Shown piece by piece: positions 43,321 through 52,401 of a stretch of 64,000 nt of DNA. The first letter of the stretch is position 1. Every line of letters starts with the position of its first letter. Source of the DNA: an uncultured Solibacteraceae bacterium (GTDB lineage: Bacteria > Acidobacteriota > Terriglobia > Bryobacterales > Bryobacteraceae); the NCBI GenBank assembly GCA_963853855.1, contig CAWKYG010000039.1:6943-70942 (forward strand), read 5' to 3'. The position numbers were made by a program, and so were the translations under genes. The notes under the pieces were generated by a model that saw only the letters and a program-made list of their open reading frames with translations, was not told the origin of the DNA and did no database searches.

Positions 43321-43949
43321 ATGGACTGGCAATTGGACGCGCGCCGAGGCTGCGCGTGCTCGGCGCGCTCATGGAAAAGGAAGTCGCTACCCCCGAGTAT
43401 TACCCGCTCTCGCTCAACGCCCTGATGAACGCGTGCAATCAGAAATCGAACCGCGAACCGGTGGTCGCTTCGACGAGGAGACCGTCGAGCAGGCACTGGA
43501 AGGCCTGCGCTATAAGGGTCTGGCGACGCGCATCTACCGGCCGCGATAGTGCGCGTGCCCAAGCACGGGCAGAGCTTCACCGAGAAATTCAATCTGGGCC
43601 GGCGCGAAGCGGCGCTGATCTGCTGCTCCTGCTGCTGCGCGGCCCGCAGACTCCCGGCGAACTGCGCGGCCGCAGCGACCGCCTCTACACTTTCGACGAT
43701 CTGGAAGCCGTGGAAAGCACCCTGAATCGCCTCGCCGAGATGGAATTCGTCAAGCGCCTCCCGCGCCAGCCCGGCTCGCGCGAATCGCGCTGGGCGCAGT
43801 TACTGGCGGGCGACGTAGTGGTGGCCGAAGAGCCCGCCCCCGCGCCGATAGAGCGCCTCACGCCAGATCGCGAACGCCTCGCCGCGCTGGAGCGTGAGGT
43901 AGCCGAGCTGAAACGCCAGTTCGAGGAATTCCGCCGCAATTTCGAGTAG
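43321..43949 (+). pseudogene. yceH: DUF480 (YceH-like) protein, several frameshifts between 43450 and 43620
   Basis: LRVLGALMEKEVATPEYYPLSLNALMNACNQKSNREPVV, then an out-of-frame FDEETVEQALEGLRYKGLA, then LLLLLRGPQTPGELRGRSDRLYTFDDL.... Confidence 0.65.
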
Positions 43950-43965
43950 GGCCGGCTTGCGCTTC

Positions 43966-44280
43966 TCAGTTCGAGTGCACCGAGACTACTCCATGATCCA
44001 CCAGGACTGAATCGCGCGCCTGAAGCTTGCCGTAAGAGCGGCCGTTCACCGTTAACTGCTCGTCGCGAATGACCACGCGCGCATCGCGGCAAGGCACGTA
44101 CTCATAACTGGCGGCGCCGGTCTGCCGCGGAGGGTCCACGGAAGTGCGGTAGCAATCCGTCACCAGCACCGCGTGCGTCCCCACCGTGGCGCGAACCTCG
44201 CCCAACAGCAGATTGTTCGAGTTGGAACAACCGCAGAGAAAAACACAAATCAAAGCGGCAAGGAGAAACAATCCTCTCAT
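43966..44280 (-). CDS. small lipoprotein, function unknown
   Basis: MRGLFLLAALICVFLCGCSN lipobox-type signal; 104 aa. Confidence 0.55.
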   Translation of the reverse strand: MRGLFLLAALICVFLCGCSNSNNLLLGEVRATVGTHAVLVTDCYRTSVDPPRQTGAASYEYVPCRDARVVIRDEQLTVNGRSYGKLQARDSVLVDHGVVSVHSN

Positions 44281-44308
44281 AGTGCTTGCGATTGTAGACT
44301 ACTTTGCG

Positions 44309-45442
44309 CTATGAAGTCAATATCTTTTCCAGCAGCAGGGGAATCTCGAACAAGGCCGAATTCTGCACCCCGTCAATCCGCCGCTTGCACTCCCCGAACC
44401 GTTCCGGCGCAAGCAATTCCCGCACCGCGCCGGCCACCTGCCGGAAGCTCTTCACCACCAGCCCGAAGCCGCGCTCTTCTACCCAGTCCGCGTTGTACCG
44501 CTCGTGCGCCAGGGTCCACGCATTGCGCTCCACAATCACAGGCAGGTGCATTGCCAGCGCTTCACTGATGCTGCCCGGTCCGGGCTTGCCGATAAAGAAA
44601 TCGGCCAGCGCCATATAATACGGCACCTCTTTGGTGAACCCCACGACCGCCATCGGAATGCGCGCCTTCATCGCACGCAGTTTCCCGGCGATCTCTTCAT
44701 TGTGCCCGCACAGCAAAATCAACTGCGCATTCAGATCCGACCGGTTCAGCTCGCGCGCAATGGTCCCCATCTTCCACGATCCTTCCCCGCCGAACAGCAC
44801 CAGCCCCGTGGGAACATCCGGCCGCAACCCCAGCCTGGCGCGCTCCACTGCGCGATCGACTTCCACCCGCTGGTGAAATCGCGGATTCAGAATCATGCCC
44901 GAAGTACGCAGAATGCGCGATGGCGGCAGCCCGATTTCGCGCGCCTGCTCGGCCGCCCGCTCCGATCCGCAGATCACGTACTGGTCCTGTTTCTCGATCC
45001 AGAAATTCGGCGGATAATCGGCGATGTCCGTCAGCACCGTGACATAAGGAGTCCCGGGCCAGGTGGAATCCAGCGCCTCCCACAATGCCCGGTTGTAGTG
45101 CGGAATCAGCGACACCACCAGGTCGGGGCGGTGATCGTGCCAGTACTCGCTCAGCACCCGCACCTGCTCCTCATGGGTCATGCGGATCAGTTGGTGCATC
45201 AGCGGGATGAGCTGTTGGGTGCCCAGCGTCCAGCCGTTCCGCAGCATGATGTTGTAGAGTTCCTGAAACTGGATGCCGGTGGCCTTCTGAATGAAATCGA
45301 TGGAATCCAGCAGCTCCTGAATACAGAGCATGCGGATATCCCAGGGGCGGTGCTGCTGGCTGACTACTTCGGAAAGCGCACTGGCGGCGGCCCGGTGGCC
45401 TCCACCTGAATCGATGTAGATCACATCGATCTGACGATTCAA
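44309..45442 (-). CDS. GT28/MGDG-synthase-family diacylglycerol glycosyltransferase (UgtP-like)
   Basis: The TTG at 45440-45442 overlaps the upstream stop (TTGA). IDVIYIDSGGGHRAAA, LVLFGGEG and ADFFIGKPGPGSISEA. The upstream 159 codons of ORF 44309..45919 overlap the preceding gene and were rejected. Confidence 0.75.
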   Translation of the reverse strand: MNRQIDVIYIDSGGGHRAAASALSEVVSQQHRPWDIRMLCIQELLDSIDFIQKATGIQFQELYNIMLRNGWTLGTQQLIPLMHQLIRMTHEEQVRVLSEYWHDHRPDLVVSLIPHYNRALWEALDSTWPGTPYVTVLTDIADYPPNFWIEKQDQYVICGSERAAEQAREIGLPPSRILRTSGMILNPRFHQRVEVDRAVERARLGLRPDVPTGLVLFGGEGSWKMGTIARELNRSDLNAQLILLCGHNEEIAGKLRAMKARIPMAVVGFTKEVPYYMALADFFIGKPGPGSISEALAMHLPVIVERNAWTLAHERYNADWVEERGFGLVVKSFRQVAGAVRELLAPERFGECKRRIDGVQNSALFEIPLLLEKILTS

Positions 45443-46488
45443 TTCTGTCCTTTTCGCGCGGCCTCGGCGGGATGCCCGGCGGAATCCTCGCCGCTCTGTG
45501 GCAGGCCCCAGGCGATGACGCCGGTAGAAGTCCTCTGCGGACCGCAGTTCCCCTGCACCACGTGACGTTCCAGATTGCGCGCTGCCGTCATAGCCGGGGC
45601 GAACACGGAAACCACCGGCCGGCCAATCCAGCAATCCGGCGGATTGATATCGAAAATCCAGGCCACCGTCGCCGCCGTATCGAACGTGTACACCGACGCC
45701 GCCACGCGGCCGGGAATCACACCCGGACCCACCAGAATCCAGGGAATCTGAATCTCCTGCAGTGAATTCTTGCCGTGCTCGCGACCCTTCCCGCCGTGAT
45801 CGCTGGTCACCAGCAGGTAAGTGGAATCCTGCGCGCCCGCGTTCTTGACCATATCCACAAACCGGCCCACGTATCCATCGGCGTCCGCAACGGCTTTGTT
45901 GTATTCGTGCGAGCCCCATCCGTACTCGTGGCCGGTGTGATCCACGTTATCCAGGTGCACGAACATCAGCTCGGGACGGTTCTGCTTCCAATAGTCGATG
46001 GCCGTTTGCGTGGTGCGCTCCGCTCCGCGCTCGTGCTCCATGATGTCGGGAGCGTGCTTTTCCACCAGGTCGGCAAAGCCAGGCCAATCGTGAAAAATCG
46101 CGATATGGCTCGCGGGGCGCTGCATGCGCAGCACTTCGAACATGGTGGGAAACATACCTTCGGCATCGCGGCATACCGCGGGCAGCGTCACCATTTTCTG
46201 CAGCAGCACTCCGTTGGAAGTGATGCCGTGCTGCTCCGGACCCGCGCCCGTAATCATGGAAGCCCAGTTCGGCGCACTGAGAGTCGGCATGACGCCGCGC
46301 GCCTCCAGCGTCCAGGCGCCCCGCGCCATCAGTTCGTGTATCCGCGGAGTCTTCGCCGTGGTGACGCCCTCCACGCTCATCCCGTCCACGCCAACGATAA
46401 TGACGTGCGCCACTGGTTGGACGTCCGCTTTTTGCCCCCACGCGGCGAACAACCCGGAGAGACACAATACCGCGCCTGCAAATTTCAT
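45439..46488 (-). CDS. secreted alkaline-phosphatase-superfamily type I phosphodiesterase/nucleotide pyrophosphatase (NPP-like)
   Basis: ATG at 46486-46488 with AAGGAG upstream. Signal MKFAGAVLCLSGLFAAWG, then VGVDGMS, MPTLSAPNWASMITG, HLDNVDHTGHEYGW and TSDHGG. Confidence 0.75.
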   Translation of the reverse strand: MKFAGAVLCLSGLFAAWGQKADVQPVAHVIIVGVDGMSVEGVTTAKTPRIHELMARGAWTLEARGVMPTLSAPNWASMITGAGPEQHGITSNGVLLQKMVTLPAVCRDAEGMFPTMFEVLRMQRPASHIAIFHDWPGFADLVEKHAPDIMEHERGAERTTQTAIDYWKQNRPELMFVHLDNVDHTGHEYGWGSHEYNKAVADADGYVGRFVDMVKNAGAQDSTYLLVTSDHGGKGREHGKNSLQEIQIPWILVGPGVIPGRVAASVYTFDTAATVAWIFDINPPDCWIGRPVVSVFAPAMTAARNLERHVVQGNCGPQRTSTGVIAWGLPQSGEDSAGHPAEAARKGQN

Positions 46489-46609
46489 CAGTTGCCCCAC
46501 TCCTTTAATAGCATCCCATTCTATGTTACACGGTTACATTTTCGCGAAGAATTTGTTGGTCTCTTTTTCACACGCCTGCAACCATCTCCGGTTCACCCTG
46601 ATACCAGGA

Positions 46610-48400
46610 ATGGCCTTCACCATGCAACCAGAATTCAGCCGCGAGTCACTCTCGATTTCCGCCCTGCTGAACGAGCCGCTGCGCAGTGTTCTGAACCCCA
46701 TGGAACCAGCACTCCAAAGGCTTTTGAGGCTGGACCGCTTGTGGGACGTGGTGGATTGCGCGCGCAGCACCGCGCCCTGTTCGGATACGGTAGGCCGGAT
46801 GTTATCGTTGCTCGGAATCACTTATCAAGTCGACGCGACGGAGCTCCGTCTCGTTCCCGCTTCCGGACCGGTTTTGATGGTATCGAATCATCCTTTTGGG
46901 CTATTGGAGGGCGCCATCCTTGCCGACGCGCTTCCCAAACTCCGGCCGGACGTACGGATTCTCGCTAACTCGCTGCTTTCGGCGGTGCCGGAACTGCGCG
47001 AGCGTTGTATCTTTATCGATCCCTTCGGCCACACCAGCGCCATGGCCTCCAACGCGGCGGCGCTGCGCGAATGCCTCGCCTGGCTGCGCCGGGGCGGGCT
47101 CCTGCTGGCCTTCCCGTCCGGCGAAGTGGCACACCTGGACTGGCGCGGCGGCGTGCTCGCAGACCCGCCGTGGAACGCCGCCCTGGCGCGCATCGCCCAG
47201 CTCGCCGGCGCCGCGGCCGTGCCTCTATTCTTTTCCGGCGGCAACAGCCTGGCCTTCCAGCTCGCCGGCACCATTCATCCCGGCCTGCGCACCGCCAGCC
47301 TGCCACGCGAACTGCTCAACAAACGCGGCCGCACCATCCACGTGCGCATCGGCAGGCCCGTGAGCGCGCAAACCCTGCGCCACTTCACCGATCCCGCGCA
47401 GGCCATCGATTATCTGCGCTGCCGCACGTACCTGCTGGATCCGGCCTCCGAACAGGTCCTGCCGCGGCGTAAGCACGCGCCGGTACCCGCCCCGCGCCCG
47501 GCACACTCCATGGCGGCGGAGCTCGCGGCCCTGGCGCCCGATCGCAAACTGTGCGAACTGGGCGAGCTGGCCGTGTACCTGGGAACCGCCGCGGAGCTGC
47601 CGCTCGTCACGCAGGAAGTGGGGCGGCTCCGCGAAATCGCCTACCGGCTGGCAGGCGAAGGAACCGGCCGCTCCGTGGATCTCGACCGCTTCGACCGCTA
47701 CTATCTCCACCTGGTCCTCTGGAACCGCCGCACGCGCGAAGTGGCCGGCGCTTACCGCCTCGGCCCCACGGCGGACATTCTGCCGCGCCACGGCATCCGC
47801 GGACTCTATACCAGCACGCTGTTTCGCTACCGGAAAGAACTGTTCGCCCGACTCGGACCGGCCATCGAACTGGGCCGCTCCTTCATTCGCCCGGAATACC
47901 AGAAGCAATACGCGCCCCTGCTGCTCTTGTGGAAAGGCATCGGACGCTACGTGGCCTCGCGCCCGGAATGCGCCACTCTGTTCGGCGGCGTAAGCATCAG
48001 CAGCGATTACACCGGCGTCTCGCGTCACCTGCTGGTGAAATTCCTGGAGGCGCACCGGGCCGAAGAACTGGCCGGGCTGGTGGCGCCCCGCTGTCCCTAC
48101 CGTCCGGCGGAGCGCATCCTGCGGCAGGCGCCGGCGCCCGCCGTTCCACGCGAACTCGACGAGTTGTCCGCGCTCATCGCCGACCTGGAATCCGATGGCA
48201 AGGGAGTTCCCATCCTTATCAAGCACTACCTGAAGACCGGCGGCCGCCTGCTGGCCTTCAGCGTGGACCGGCGATTTTCGCACACACTGGACGCGCTGAT
48301 CACTGTGGACCTGCGGCTTGCCCCCGATTCCTTATTGGAGCGCCTGCTCGGAAAACCCGGCGCCGCGGAGTTCCGGCTCCGGCATATTAAGCGTTTGTGA
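46610..48400 (+). CDS. OlsF-like bifunctional acyltransferase (N-terminal lysolipid O-acyltransferase + C-terminal OlsB-like GNAT N-acyltransferase)
   Basis: ATG at 46610. SNHPFGLLEG and LAFPSGEV in the N-terminal half. VDLDRFDRYYLHLVLW...VAGAYRL and ELGRSFIRPEYQ in the C-terminal half. The upstream part of ORF 46124..48400 overlaps the opposite-strand NPP gene and was rejected. Confidence 0.7.
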   Translation: MAFTMQPEFSRESLSISALLNEPLRSVLNPMEPALQRLLRLDRLWDVVDCARSTAPCSDTVGRMLSLLGITYQVDATELRLVPASGPVLMVSNHPFGLLEGAILADALPKLRPDVRILANSLLSAVPELRERCIFIDPFGHTSAMASNAAALRECLAWLRRGGLLLAFPSGEVAHLDWRGGVLADPPWNAALARIAQLAGAAAVPLFFSGGNSLAFQLAGTIHPGLRTASLPRELLNKRGRTIHVRIGRPVSAQTLRHFTDPAQAIDYLRCRTYLLDPASEQVLPRRKHAPVPAPRPAHSMAAELAALAPDRKLCELGELAVYLGTAAELPLVTQEVGRLREIAYRLAGEGTGRSVDLDRFDRYYLHLVLWNRRTREVAGAYRLGPTADILPRHGIRGLYTSTLFRYRKELFARLGPAIELGRSFIRPEYQKQYAPLLLLWKGIGRYVASRPECATLFGGVSISSDYTGVSRHLLVKFLEAHRAEELAGLVAPRCPYRPAERILRQAPAPAVPRELDELSALIADLESDGKGVPILIKHYLKTGGRLLAFSVDRRFSHTLDALITVDLRLAPDSLLERLLGKPGAAEFRLRHIKRL

Positions 48401-48416
48401 CAATCGAGTTTCAACC

Positions 48417-49310
48417 ATGATCGTTTGCCTGGTTCTGCTGGCTGCCACAGCCACTCCCGCTGAAATGTTCATCGAGGCCGGCCACTGGAAACGCGCCCGC
48501 GTACTGGTGGAGGCCGCCATCCACCAGCACCCCGATGACCCGCTGGCGAATTTCCTGCTCTCCCAGATCCGCCACGCATTCGGCGATGACGCGTCGCCCC
48601 TCCCTCTAGCCGAAAAGGCGGAAGCGCTCGACGGCAGCGTGGCTAAATATCACCGCCAGGTGGCCGAAGCCGTCGGGGTGGCGGCGCAACATGCCAATCC
48701 CGTGCAGCAGTTGTTCCTGGCCCGGCGATTCCGCAAGGAGATCGACCGCGCCCTGGCGCTCGACCCCGAGGACGTGCAGGCGTGGCGCGACCTGATGGAA
48801 TACTATCGACTGGCGCCCGGAATCGCCGGCGGAGATCGGGCGCGAGCGGCAGCCGTGGCGCGTCACATCGGCTCCATCGACCCGGCGCAAGGGTTGATGG
48901 CGCAGGCGGAGTTGTCTCCGGCCGCCGCGCAGGATCTCTACCGCAAGGCGGTGGAATGCCGCCCGCGCAATTACCGGGCGCGCATCCTCCTGGCGGATTC
49001 ATACCTCGACCAGCCGCATCGGGACCCGGCCGCCGCGGAGCAACAGGCACGCGAAGCCATTCGGATCGATAGCGGACGTGTGGATGCGTACGCCGTTCTC
49101 GCGCGGCTCTACGCCGAAGACGGCCGGTGGGGCGATCTTGACGCTCTGCTCGAAACCGCGGAGCGCGCCGTGCCCGACGACCTGACTCCCTACTACCGCG
49201 CCGCCGAAGCCGCCCGTCGCGACCCCGAGCGCGCCCGCCGCTACTTACAGCACTATCTGACCCAGCCCCCCGAAGGCAACGAACCAAACCCGTCCGCCCC
49301 GTCTAAGTAA
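48417..49310 (+). CDS. TPR-like repeat protein
   Basis: ATG at 48417 (MIVCLVLLAATATPAE), helical repeat composition, 17 nt after the OlsF-like stop. Confidence 0.55.
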   Translation: MIVCLVLLAATATPAEMFIEAGHWKRARVLVEAAIHQHPDDPLANFLLSQIRHAFGDDASPLPLAEKAEALDGSVAKYHRQVAEAVGVAAQHANPVQQLFLARRFRKEIDRALALDPEDVQAWRDLMEYYRLAPGIAGGDRARAAAVARHIGSIDPAQGLMAQAELSPAAAQDLYRKAVECRPRNYRARILLADSYLDQPHRDPAAAEQQAREAIRIDSGRVDAYAVLARLYAEDGRWGDLDALLETAERAVPDDLTPYYRAAEAARRDPERARRYLQHYLTQPPEGNEPNPSAPSK

Positions 49311-49324
49311 ACTTCCCAATCTCC

Positions 49325-50188
49325 TTACAGGTACTTGAGGAACAGGACGGCATTGCCGCGTTCGTTATACAGCAGTTCATCCACCAGGTTGCGCGTCATC
49401 AGGATTCCGAAACCACCGGGCCGCCGCCCCTCTTCGGCGCGGACTTCCACGTGGCGGATAGGCGAATCGTCGGGGTTGGAAATGGCGGCGTGCGGCAGCA
49501 GGTCGAGCGAAAACCCGGGGCCGGGATCGTGAATGTGGACGATTAGGGCGCGCGCGGTGCGAAGCAGGGAGACCCGGGTACGTTTCCTGGGATTCGACTT
49601 GCCGCCGTGTTCGATGGCGTTCATGAGCAGTTCGCGGAAAGCCGCCAGAATGTCTTCGGTGGCGTGAGAGGGCAGGTCGGCCATCATTTCCTTGAGGAAG
49701 TGGGTGGTGCGCTCGGCGGTTTCCAGCTTGCAGCGGAGGTCCAGGGTGATCCATTCCGGACGGGCGGAAATGATGCGGATATCGTCTTTGCCGCTGTGCG
49801 CGTCGAGGGCCTGTTGCACCAGGTCGGTGACCACGTTGCTCAACAAAGGCTTGTGAAGATAGCTGAAGGCGCGTTCGCGGATGGCGTCGAGGACGCGCGC
49901 CGGGTTGGGCTCGCCGGTCACAATGACGCGCGTTTCGGGGCGAATGGCGCGGACTCGGCGAACCAGTCTCAGACCGTCGAACCCGTTTTTTCCCTGCCCT
50001 GCCAGGACCACGTCAAACGGTTCCCGACGGAGTTGCCGGAGGGCTTCCCTACCGTCGAAAACAGCCTGCACGCTGCGGTCGTCCCGGCGGAGAAGGCGCT
50101 GCAGGAGTTCGTGCACGGCGGGGTCGGAATCGACAACCAGAAGGGATCGCGAACTCACAGCATCTCCACTCTCTAATTCTGTTTCCAT
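49325..50188 (-). CDS. receiver-like domain fused to RsbW/SpoIIAB-type HATPase (Ser-kinase/anti-sigma-like) domain
   Basis: The Met at 50188 (METELESG) is used. The receiver part is LLVVDSD...FDVVLAGQG...VIVTG...HKP. The HATPase part is ELLMNAIEHG, HDPGPGF and GGFGILMTRNLVDE. Confidence 0.65.
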   Translation of the reverse strand: METELESGDAVSSRSLLVVDSDPAVHELLQRLLRRDDRSVQAVFDGREALRQLRREPFDVVLAGQGKNGFDGLRLVRRVRAIRPETRVIVTGEPNPARVLDAIRERAFSYLHKPLLSNVVTDLVQQALDAHSGKDDIRIISARPEWITLDLRCKLETAERTTHFLKEMMADLPSHATEDILAAFRELLMNAIEHGGKSNPRKRTRVSLLRTARALIVHIHDPGPGFSLDLLPHAAISNPDDSPIRHVEVRAEEGRRPGGFGILMTRNLVDELLYNERGNAVLFLKYL

Positions 50189-50207
50189 CTCCAGGACTAA
50201 GCCCTTC

Positions 50208-50335
50208 GTCCCCTGGACCCGCTGCTCGCGCCGGTCGGTAATGCCTCCAGAAAACGGGGAGGCCGACGAGGGCGTCGGCCGCGGACCAGGGGGTCCGCCC
50301 CACCCAACACATGCTGCTGCACACTTCAAGCGACT
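50208..50335 (+). repeat. structured intergenic repeat, copy B (about 128 nt)
   Basis: Collinear with 32643-32755 and shares both internal hairpins. It lies between divergent gene starts. Confidence 0.7.
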
Positions 50336-50457
50336 TTCAGTCGCAACCTCAACCTATCGGCTTTTAGCCGGTAGTCGTTTAGACGAGGATCAGCATAACA
50401 TGCCGGTCCCATTAAAAAGCCGTAACCTTGGAGAACCGGAGTGCATCTCTCCCTCTG

Positions 50458-51987
50458 ATGGAACATCCAGAGCCGGGTCGACGTGTATTCCGCGCCGGCG
50501 TCCTCGCGTTATTGGCCGCCGGGGTTGTTTCCGCACAGATCTATCCGCCGGTGGGTTACCCCGGCGGGGGCTATCCGCCGGGTGGAGGGTACCCGCCGGG
50601 TCAATATCCCGGCCGGTATCCCGGCCAATACCCGGGTGGGGCCGGTATCCCGATTCCTTCGCGCTCGCCGAAGACCAAGGACACCAACAAGGGGCCGCTG
50701 CCCAATTTTCGCGGCAAGCTCAAGCGCTTCGACTCCAAGATGATCAGCATCGGTCTGGACGACGATCGCGTGATGGACTTCAAGCGCGACAGCAAGACCA
50801 AATTCTTCAAGAATGGCGACGAGATCAAAGACCCGAAATTCAACGTGGGCGATCAGGTTTCGGTCGAGGGTCCGGAAGACGCCGCAGGTAACATGATCGC
50901 GGTCAACGTGTACTGGGAGAAAGCGGCGGCAGCTCAAGGCACGAGTACGGCGAAGAGCGAGGAAAACAAAGACCCCGCGGTGCTGGATACCTGGAAGGAC
51001 GCTCCGGCTAAGGACGCGCCCGCTAAGGACGCCCCGCCGCCCAGCAGCGCCACGGAGGTGACGCCGCCGGCCAAGCGCGACAGTGACGATCCGGGACCGC
51101 CGGTTTTGCATCGCGGCAAACCGCAGGATGAGGCGCGGGAGCATGTGGACGATCCTCCGGTTTCGCTGGCACGCGATTCCGCCAACCCGGCCGGCGCTCT
51201 ACCCCCTCCGGGAACTGCGCCGCTGGCTTCGGCTACCGCCGGGCCGAGGCGTGACGAAGAGATGCCCAGCCTTCCGCGGCAAGGCGACGACCTGATCCGC
51301 AAGGCTACCGACGCGGCACTGGATTTCACCGAAAAGCTTCCCAACTACGTGTGCACCGAGCAGATAGCCCGCTATCAGAGCGAGAGCACTCCGCCGAACT
51401 GGCAGGCCATCGACATCGTAAGCGCGGACGTGGTTTACGAAAACCAGAAGGAAAGTTACAAGAACCTGGCGATCAACGGGCGTAAGGTCAACAAGAAAAT
51501 GGAAGACCTGGACGGAGCCTGGTCTACGGGCGAATTCGGCACCATTCTGATCAACCTGTTCTCGCCCGCCACGGCTGCCGACTTCCATTACCGGAAGGAT
51601 TCGCGCTCATCCGGGATCTCGTCCAAGGTTTACGACTTCAACGTGGACCATCAGCACTCCGGATGGGATATCCATTTCGGCGGTCAGAGTTATCTGCCGG
51701 CCTACCGCGGTTCGGTGTGGATCGATCCTCAGACGGGGCGCGTCCTGCGCATCGAAATGCAGGCATACGGGTTCCCCGGGGACTTCCCGACCGATCATGT
51801 GGAATCGGCCACGGATTACGAATACACCCGGCTGGGGGATGCCAAACAGTATCTGTTGCCGGTGCATTCGGAGACCCTGAGCTGCCAGAGGGGATCGGCT
51901 TTTTGCAGCCGCAATGCCATCGATTTCCGGAACTACCACAAGTACGAGGGAGAATCGACCATCACGTTCGGCGGCGACAAGAAGTAG
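50458..51987 (+). CDS. secreted hypothetical protein with N-terminal YPxG-rich repeats
   Basis: ATG at 50458. Signal AGVLALLAAGVVSAQ, then YPPVGYPGGGYPPGGGYPPGQYPGRYPGQYPGG, then a non-repetitive 300-aa C-terminal domain. Confidence 0.55.
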   Translation: MEHPEPGRRVFRAGVLALLAAGVVSAQIYPPVGYPGGGYPPGGGYPPGQYPGRYPGQYPGGAGIPIPSRSPKTKDTNKGPLPNFRGKLKRFDSKMISIGLDDDRVMDFKRDSKTKFFKNGDEIKDPKFNVGDQVSVEGPEDAAGNMIAVNVYWEKAAAAQGTSTAKSEENKDPAVLDTWKDAPAKDAPAKDAPPPSSATEVTPPAKRDSDDPGPPVLHRGKPQDEAREHVDDPPVSLARDSANPAGALPPPGTAPLASATAGPRRDEEMPSLPRQGDDLIRKATDAALDFTEKLPNYVCTEQIARYQSESTPPNWQAIDIVSADVVYENQKESYKNLAINGRKVNKKMEDLDGAWSTGEFGTILINLFSPATAADFHYRKDSRSSGISSKVYDFNVDHQHSGWDIHFGGQSYLPAYRGSVWIDPQTGRVLRIEMQAYGFPGDFPTDHVESATDYEYTRLGDAKQYLLPVHSETLSCQRGSAFCSRNAIDFRNYHKYEGESTITFGGDKK

Positions 51988-52024
51988 ATGTTACCAGCAG
52001 GCGGTCGACGCCGAGAAGGTAGAT

Positions 52025-52399
52025 TCACTCCCGTGAGCGTCTGGTCCACCAGTAGGCGCTCAGACCGAAACAGAAGACGGCGCCGACGATAGAGTTTCCG
52101 GGCTGGCCCAGCGGATAGATCCAGATGAGGGCGGCGCACGCCATGGTGCAGGCTAGGATCGCGAGGCCAAACTGGGCCGTCCACGGCAGGAACGTGAGAA
52201 TGCCGCCCAGTATCTCGACGATGCCGGTGAAGTAGCGGAACCACTGGCCGATGCCCACCTGGGCGAAGAAATGCGGCCACATGGAGTCCGCGGAGAACTT
52301 GTCGGCTCCGAAAGTCACGAAGGCCAGACCGATGCCTCCCCGCACGCACCACTCGGTGATGGGGCTTCGCGGCTCAGCGGCGTTCACCTGCTCGAACAT
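52025..52399 (-). CDS. DoxX-family membrane protein
   Basis: The Met at 52399 (MFEQVN...) gives 124 aa with 4 hydrophobic segments and an EILGGIL motif. The upstream part of ORF 52025..52702 overlaps the preceding gene. Confidence 0.6.
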   Translation of the reverse strand: MFEQVNAAEPRSPITEWCVRGGIGLAFVTFGADKFSADSMWPHFFAQVGIGQWFRYFTGIVEILGGILTFLPWTAQFGLAILACTMACAALIWIYPLGQPGNSIVGAVFCFGLSAYWWTRRSRE

Positions 52400-52401
52400 A
52401 G

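Noticed and set aside
45443-45919. 159-codon N-terminal extension of the glycosyltransferase ORF (44309..45919).
   Set aside because: It overlaps the 3' part of the same-strand NPP gene in another frame and is Gly/Arg-rich. The GT28 N-terminal motif (IYIDSGGGH) begins right after the TTG at 45442.
46124-46609. 162-codon N-terminal extension of the OlsF-like ORF.
   Set aside because: It overlaps the well-supported opposite-strand NPP gene, its translation is low-complexity, and homology starts after the ATG at 46610.
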